In this document: in pieces, positions 57,365-64,000 of the stretch
How positions within the stretch are numbered: position 1 is the first letter of the stretch
How the letters are laid out: the number at the start of each line of letters is the position of its first letter
Notes under the pieces: model-generated
Told to the model about the DNA's origin: nothing
The model's database searches: none
Seen by the model: only the letters and a program-made list of their open reading frames with translations
Assembly (NCBI GenBank): GCA_049512055.1
Contig: JBEKXK010000001.1
Coordinates: forward strand, 28,680-92,679
Source of the DNA: Syntrophales bacterium
Lineage (GTDB): Bacteria > Desulfobacterota > Syntrophia > Syntrophales > UBA2185
Direction: 5' to 3'
Length of the DNA stretch: 64,000 nt
Translations under genes and position numbers: made by a program

Positions 57365-60145
57365 CTAAAGATTCGCAACGCACCTTTCACAGATAGTAGG
57401 ATGTTCGCTATTAACACCCACAGTCTCGCTGTACACCCAGCATCGGTCACATTTCTTTCCACGCGTCTTTCTCACCCCAATTGTCAGACCCGCAAATTCA
57501 GGGCTTGCATAAGGGTCTTTGATGACATCCTCTTTTGCTATAGCAACCTCGGACACGATGAGCAGGGCTTTTAGATCATCAAGATGCGTCTCCAAAAACG
57601 CGCGGAGTTCACCCGATGCAGAGATATCCACACCGGCGTCGAGGGAGTGCCCGACGACTTTATTCTTCCTTGCCGTCTCAATTGCCTTCGATATCTCTCC
57701 CTTGAGGGCGATCATCTTGTTCCAATTCTGGGCCAGACCCGCATCCATATACTCCGGATTCACTTCAGGGAATTGAGTGAGATGAACGCTGATTTCCCTG
57801 CCCTGATGCGGAGGCAAAGATAACCATATCTCCTCCGCAGTGAAGGAGAGTATGGGGGCAAGCAGGCGTGCCATGGCATCAAGAATAATAAGCATGGCAG
57901 TCTGCGCAGATCGTCGCTGCCGCGATTCCGCCCTGGATGTATAGAGTCTGTCTTTCAGGACATCCAGGTAAAGGGCGCTCAGGTCAACGGTGCAGTAATT
58001 ATGAAGCGTAAAGAACGCATGATGAAATTGATACTGATTATAAGCCGTCCTTACACGCTCGATAATTTCCTGGAGCCTGTGCAGGGCCCAGCGGTCGATT
58101 TCTTCCATATCCCGATAGGATACCATTTTACTGCGGTCAAAATCATACAGATTCCCCAGAATGAAGCGACTGGTATTGCGAATTCGCCTATAGGCTTCTA
58201 CGAGGCGTTCAAGGATTTCTTCGGAAATCCTTATGTCCTGCGTATAATCCTCTGCAGCCACCCAAAGTCGCAATATCTCAACGCCATGCTTATCGATGAT
58301 CTCCTCCGGGTCAACAACGTTGCCCATGGATTTGGACATCTTCTTTCCCTCGCCGTCAACGACAAACCCATGTGTCAGCACCGTCCTGTACGGGGCGCGG
58401 GCTCTCGTTCCCACAGACTCGAGCAGTGAGGAATGGAACCACCCCCTGTGCTGGTCACTGCCTTCGAGGTACATATCCGCCGGGGAGCCGAGGTAAGGTC
58501 GCTTTTCGAGCACCGCAGCATGACTAACACCGGAATCAAACCACACATCGAGTATATCCGTCTCTCTTGAAAATTGGTCGCTCTGACATACGGGACAGAC
58601 CGTTCCTATGGGCAGCAGGTCTTTCGTATCCCTCTCGAACCAGACATCGGCGCCGTATTCATTGACGAGCTTCACGACGTGCACGATGATATCTTTTGTC
58701 ATGAGGTCGCTCTTGCAGCGGCTGCAGGAGAACATGGTAATAGGTACGCCCCACAATCTCTGCCGGGAGATACACCAGTCGGGACGGTTTCTGATCATTC
58801 CGGATATCCTATCGCGACCCCACGCCGGCAGCCACTCCACGGTCTCAATAGCTTCGAGCGTTTTCTGCCTGAGGTTATTTTTCTCCATGGAGATAAACCA
58901 CTGCTCCGTGGATCTGAAAATGATGGGATTCTTGCACCGCCAGCAGTGAGGATAGGTATGCTCTATGTCGACACGGCCAAGCAGGGCGCCTGCCTCTGCC
59001 AATTTCTTAATGACCGATTCGTTGGCATCGAAGACAAACTGCCCCGCAAAATCCTTGACATCGGAGGTGTATCTGCCGTCATCGTCAACAGGGGCGTAAT
59101 TGTCAAGACCGTACTTCATGCCTATTTCATAATCTTCCTGCCCATGCCCGGGCGCGATATGCACCAATCCCGTTCCTGCATCGAGGGTGACAAAGGGAGC
59201 CAGGATCAGGAGGCTCTCGCGGTCGACCAATGGATGTTTGCATTTCAGGCCCTCCAGGACCGACCCTGGAAATTCGTCCAGAACCTTGTAACTCTTGTAG
59301 CCAAAGGCATCCATGCAATAGTCCAGAAGATCCTTGGCAAGTATCAGAGTTTCATCATTCACTTTGACTGCCGCATAGACGAATTCCTCATGCATGGCGA
59401 TTGCCTGGTTGGGTGGTATGGTCCACGGGGTCGTCGTCCATATTACGACGCTGACTTTTTCTCCCGCCAGTTTCGGCCGGACCTTCGATATATCTGAGAT
59501 CATCGCGAATTTGACATAGATGGACGGCGTCGTATGGTCATTATATTCGACTTCGGCCTCCGCCAGGGCAGTCTTGCAGGAAGCGCACCAGTACACGGGC
59601 TTTTTCCCCCGGTAAACGTTACCGCTGAAATAAAGCTTCCCGAATTCCTCAACGGTCGCCGCCTCATAGTCGTAGGACATGGTGAGGTAGGGGTTCTCCC
59701 ATTCACCAAAGACACCCAACCGCTTAAACTGTTCCCTCTGGATACCCACATATCTGTCTGCAAACGTCCTGCAGAACCGCCTTATATCAGCATGGGACAT
59801 CTCGTTCTTCTTCGCGCCCAGTTCTTTCTCAACCTGATGCTCTATGGGAAGACCGTGGCAGTCCCAGCCAGGGACGTAAATGCTGTCAAAGCCAGACATA
59901 TTCTTTGACTTAATCACCATGTCTTTAATCACCTTATTCAGCGCCGTACCCAGATGAATGTTCCCGTTTGCATAAGGAGGCCCGTCATGAAGGATATACG
60001 TCTTTTTCCCCTTCAAGGCCTGTCTGATCTTCTCATAGATGTTCATATCATCCCACATCTTGAGCAATTCCGGTTCCTTCCGGGAAAGATTAGCCTTCAT
60101 GGGGAAGTTGGTTTTCGGCAGATTCAATGTATCCTTATAATCCAT
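57365..60145 (-). CDS. ileS: isoleucine--tRNA ligase
   Basis: 'PPYANGNIHLGTALNK' (HIGH), 'KMSKSMGN', a CP1 editing region and a C-terminal Zn ribbon 'CDRCW...CERC'. Confidence 0.97.
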   Translation of the reverse strand: MDYKDTLNLPKTNFPMKANLSRKEPELLKMWDDMNIYEKIRQALKGKKTYILHDGPPYANGNIHLGTALNKVIKDMVIKSKNMSGFDSIYVPGWDCHGLPIEHQVEKELGAKKNEMSHADIRRFCRTFADRYVGIQREQFKRLGVFGEWENPYLTMSYDYEAATVEEFGKLYFSGNVYRGKKPVYWCASCKTALAEAEVEYNDHTTPSIYVKFAMISDISKVRPKLAGEKVSVVIWTTTPWTIPPNQAIAMHEEFVYAAVKVNDETLILAKDLLDYCMDAFGYKSYKVLDEFPGSVLEGLKCKHPLVDRESLLILAPFVTLDAGTGLVHIAPGHGQEDYEIGMKYGLDNYAPVDDDGRYTSDVKDFAGQFVFDANESVIKKLAEAGALLGRVDIEHTYPHCWRCKNPIIFRSTEQWFISMEKNNLRQKTLEAIETVEWLPAWGRDRISGMIRNRPDWCISRQRLWGVPITMFSCSRCKSDLMTKDIIVHVVKLVNEYGADVWFERDTKDLLPIGTVCPVCQSDQFSRETDILDVWFDSGVSHAAVLEKRPYLGSPADMYLEGSDQHRGWFHSSLLESVGTRARAPYRTVLTHGFVVDGEGKKMSKSMGNVVDPEEIIDKHGVEILRLWVAAEDYTQDIRISEEILERLVEAYRRIRNTSRFILGNLYDFDRSKMVSYRDMEEIDRWALHRLQEIIERVRTAYNQYQFHHAFFTLHNYCTVDLSALYLDVLKDRLYTSRAESRQRRSAQTAMLIILDAMARLLAPILSFTAEEIWLSLPPHQGREISVHLTQFPEVNPEYMDAGLAQNWNKMIALKGEISKAIETARKNKVVGHSLDAGVDISASGELRAFLETHLDDLKALLIVSEVAIAKEDVIKDPYASPEFAGLTIGVRKTRGKKCDRCWVYSETVGVNSEHPTICERCVANL

Positions 60146-60258
60146 GGGGAACTCCTCAACTCTACATAATCAATGACATTTTATATGCTTGATATAGTTA
60201 TGGGCAAATTGGTAGTCGGAGAGGCTATCACAGAAATTAACCTCTTTCAAGCAGAACT

Positions 60259-60289
60259 AAAAAAGCCCCCTGCCACAAAACAGGGGGCT
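60259..60289 (-). terminator. intrinsic terminator downstream of groEL
   Basis: On the minus strand: AGCCCCCTG-ttttgtgg-CAGGGGGCT followed by TTTTTT. 9-bp GC-rich stem, 30 nt after the groEL stop. Confidence 0.7.
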
Positions 60290-60319
60290 TGTTCACAATG
60301 AGATGAGATTAAAAACCTC

Positions 60320-61954
<1,635 letters not shown>

Positions 61955-61986
61955 CTAACTTATCCTCCTTATGAATAATCGTATAG

Positions 61987-62277
61987 TTACTTTTCAATGA
62001 TTCCCAATATATCGTCTTCTCTCATGATGAGATGTTCTACGCCATCGATCTTGACTTCCGTGCCAGCATACTTGCTGAAGAGAACCCTATCTCCGGCCTT
62101 GACATCGGGCTTTACCAATTTGCCGTCTTCTGTCGTTTTTCCCTTGCCCACGGCTACAACCTCGCCCTCCACAGGCTTTTCTTTGGCTGTGTCAGGGATT
62201 ATAATCCCGCCTTTTGTCTTCTGTTCTTCCTCTAACCTCTTGATAATCACTCGATCCTGTAATGGCCTAATCTTCAT
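61987..62277 (-). CDS. groS: co-chaperonin GroES
   Basis: '[32 protein letters not shown]' and a size of 96 aa. Confidence 0.98.
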   Translation of the reverse strand: MKIRPLQDRVIIKRLEEEQKTKGGIIIPDTAKEKPVEGEVVAVGKGKTTEDGKLVKPDVKAGDRVLFSKYAGTEVKIDGVEHLIMREDDILGIIEK

Positions 62278-62359
62278 GACCTCATCTCTCCTTTCCCTAT
62301 TTTTAATATTTTTTGGTATTTTTTGTCACGTAATTATATCCGCCAATCGGTTTGGCAGT

Positions 62360-62387
62360 AAAATATACACAAATTCTCCCATGTCAA
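62360..62387 (-). promoter_or_regulatory. putative groESL promoter (TTGACA-16-TATTTT on the minus strand)
   Basis: -35 TTGACA at 62387-62382 and -10 TATTTT at 62365-60. An alternative -10, TATATT at 62367-62, gives a 14-nt spacer. A/T-tract-rich upstream region. No CIRCE inverted repeat seen. Confidence 0.45.
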
Positions 62388-62407
62388 GACGTTTTGAGCA
62401 GATTTTT

Positions 62408-62459
62408 AAAAAAAATGAGGGAAAAGAGCATTTTTTTAGAAAAAAACACCCTTTTCCCT
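62408..62459 (-). terminator. intrinsic terminator downstream of the histidine kinase gene (nested palindrome + T8)
   Basis: Minus strand: AGGGAAAAG-ggtg-TTTTTTT-ct-AAAAAAA-tgct-CTTTTCCCT-CA-TTTTTTTT. The outer arms are 9 bp and the inner arms 7 bp (A/T only). Confidence 0.6.
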
Positions 62460-62476
62460 TCAATTTTTTCTGATTT

Positions 62477-64000
62477 TTATGTTTTCGGGACCTTATTTTG
62501 GGGAAAAGTGAGAGAAACCGTGGTACCTCTTCCCACCTGACTTTCGATATCAATGCTGCCTTTATGGGCCTTCATGAGATGTTTTACTATTGACAATCCC
62601 AGACCGGTGCCTCCCAACTCCCGCGAACGTGCCTTGTCCGCGCGATAGAAACGTTCTCCGAGCCTGGGAATTTCCATTTTCGGTATGCCCATGCCCGTGT
62701 CAGAGACTTTCACGACCACAAAGCCACCGTCATCTTGAACCGCAGAAATGGAAATCTTTCCGCCACTTGGCGTAAATTTGAGGGCATTATCCAGGATGTT
62801 CACAAGAATCTGCGTCAACTTATCCCTATCTGCCCCAATGAAGGGGAGTTCATCGGAGATTTGTTTATCAATAGTCAAGGACTTCTCTGCCGCTTTCGTC
62901 TCGAACATGGGCAACACGTTCTCAATTGCATCGGCTATGGATACATTTTCAAACTGCAATTTCATTTCCCCCAGCTCAATGCTGGAAAGGATCAGAAGGT
63001 CGTCCACCAGTCTTCCAAGACGATGAGCATTTTCGGAAATTATGTGAAGAAATTTCTTTGCCGTCACTTCTTCCTTGATGGCACCCCCCTCCAGGGTCTC
63101 AATAAATCCTGTGATAGCCGTAAGCGGTGTCTTAATCTCGTGGGTAACATTAGCCACGAAGTCCTCGCGTATCTTTTCCAGTTTCTTAAGACGCGTGACG
63201 TCGTGAAATACCATCAACATCTTTTGTTCTTCTTCGGGCAGTCCAAGAACGGCTGATATAGTAACATCCAGGATAACCGGCGCTTCCTGGCCGAGGTTAA
63301 TCTCCCGCAAGACAGGTCCTCCAGATTCTCTGAACAGATCAAGGGCATCCTGCAACTCGACATTCCTGAATGCCTCAAGAGGCGTCTTATCCAGAATGTC
63401 AGTGATGCCTTCATTTTCGAGGATCTTTTTCAGGCTTTTATTGAGAAACTCAATGCGGTTCTGACTGTTCATGACAAGTACGCCCTCTGTCATACTGGCA
63501 AAGGCCGCTTCAAGTTTCGCCTTCTCCTCATCGGCAACCCTCACTCTTTCCTGCTGTTCGAGCACCATGAGATTGATGTCTTTTTCCAATTGCCCAACGT
63601 CATCATTTGACTCCACCAGAAGTGTTCCTAATGCCTCGCCGCTGCAAACCTTGTGCGTATAGGAAATTACTTTCTCGATTGGCGATATAAGTTTTCTGGC
63701 CAGAAGAAGTGCAATTATAAGGGCAGGAATTATGGCGATCAGGAGACACTTATATATATAGGCGTACTGCTGATCGATGGATTTTTTGACATCGAAAAGC
63801 GGACGGGCAAATCGTATGTAGCCTCTTACTTCGGAGCCTTCTGTAACCGGAAAGGCGATGTAGAGCATGTCTACCCCAAGGGTGCGGCTGTAACGAATGG
63901 CTTCCCCCTGTCCCTTGATCCTGGCCTCCTGAATTTCCGAACGGTTCAGGTGACTGTCGATTTGCGCCAAGTCTTTCTCTGAATCCGCCTTGACCCGCCC
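62477..64000 (-). CDS. PhoR-like sensor histidine kinase (sensor domain, TM/HAMP, PAS, HisKA, HATPase_c); 5' end outside window
   Basis: 'FVANVTHEIKTPLTAI' H-box, 'NALKFTP', 'DTGMGIP' and 'GGTGLGLSIVKH'. The reading frame stays open upstream of the track's Met to position 64000. Confidence 0.85.
   Translation of the reverse strand, partial: GRVKADSEKDLAQIDSHLNRSEIQEARIKGQGEAIRYSRTLGVDMLYIAFPVTEGSEVRGYIRFARPLFDVKKSIDQQYAYIYKCLLIAIIPALIIALLLARKLISPIEKVISYTHKVCSGEALGTLLVESNDDVGQLEKDINLMVLEQQERVRVADEEKAKLEAAFASMTEGVLVMNSQNRIEFLNKSLKKILENEGITDILDKTPLEAFRNVELQDALDLFRESGGPVLREINLGQEAPVILDVTISAVLGLPEEEQKMLMVFHDVTRLKKLEKIREDFVANVTHEIKTPLTAITGFIETLEGGAIKEEVTAKKFLHIISENAHRLGRLVDDLLILSSIELGEMKLQFENVSIADAIENVLPMFETKAAEKSLTIDKQISDELPFIGADRDKLTQILVNILDNALKFTPSGGKISISAVQDDGGFVVVKVSDTGMGIPKMEIPRLGERFYRADKARSRELGGTGLGLSIVKHLMKAHKGSIDIESQVGRGTTVSLTFPQNKVPKT

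Noticed and set aside
57201-57383. 60-aa ORF in the ileS-lspA spacer
   Set aside because: It overlaps the ileS stop region, has no RBS and has a Cys/Arg/Ser-rich composition. The region is better explained by RNA hairpins.
58574-59497. 307-aa plus-strand ORF (and several 60-140-aa ORFs) inside ileS
   Set aside because: It lies entirely antisense to a gene with unmistakable IleS motifs. It has low-complexity, Arg/Gly/Pro-biased composition, no RBS and no recognisable family.
60146-60319. T-box or attenuator leader upstream of ileS
   Set aside because: The region is only 174 nt and is largely taken up by the groEL terminator. No specifier loop or T-box sequence could be seen.
62278-62476. CIRCE (HrcA) operator upstream of groES
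   Set aside because: Searched both strands for TTAGCACTC/GAGTGCTAA and for half-sites; none was present.

Overview
This is a densely coded (~90%) chromosomal segment. Gene content and synteny suggest an anaerobic deltaproteobacterium of the Syntrophus/Smithella type, but that is inference only. I found no rRNA or tRNA genes, CRISPR arrays, transposases, integrases or phage genes. Housekeeping blocks: pcm; mtaB-rnc-radical SAM-era-der; rfbB; cca; thiD/thiN; tatD; ileS-lspA-ktrB/A; groES-groEL. Metabolic blocks: a livKHMGF-type ABC importer followed by a PaaK-family ligase; an ADP-forming acyl-CoA synthetase; and a TetR-flanked acyl-CoA operon with two FadE-like long ACADs, an AMP-ligase, a thiolase and a short ACAD. 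A more accessory-looking stretch at about 16-24 kb and 38-40 kb holds signalling genes: a disrupted HDOD gene, a tandem-PilZ protein, a hybrid histidine kinase and an orphan PP-loop ATPase. No obvious multi-gene defence-like or otherwise novel system is visible. The strongest single observation is that the phosphoglycerate mutase homologue at 816..2465 appears circularly permuted: the canonical C-terminal half comes first, then a linker, then the canonical N-terminal half. Next in interest are the tandem-PilZ protein with an unassigned ~330-aa C-terminal domain beside a V4R-like/GAF/PAS hybrid kinase, and the HDOD pseudogene. After those come a consensus promoter abutting an ATG (leaderless transcript) and a 24-bp palindromic operator in front of the acyl-CoA operon. 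All family calls rest on motif recognition by eye. No database search or computation was run.
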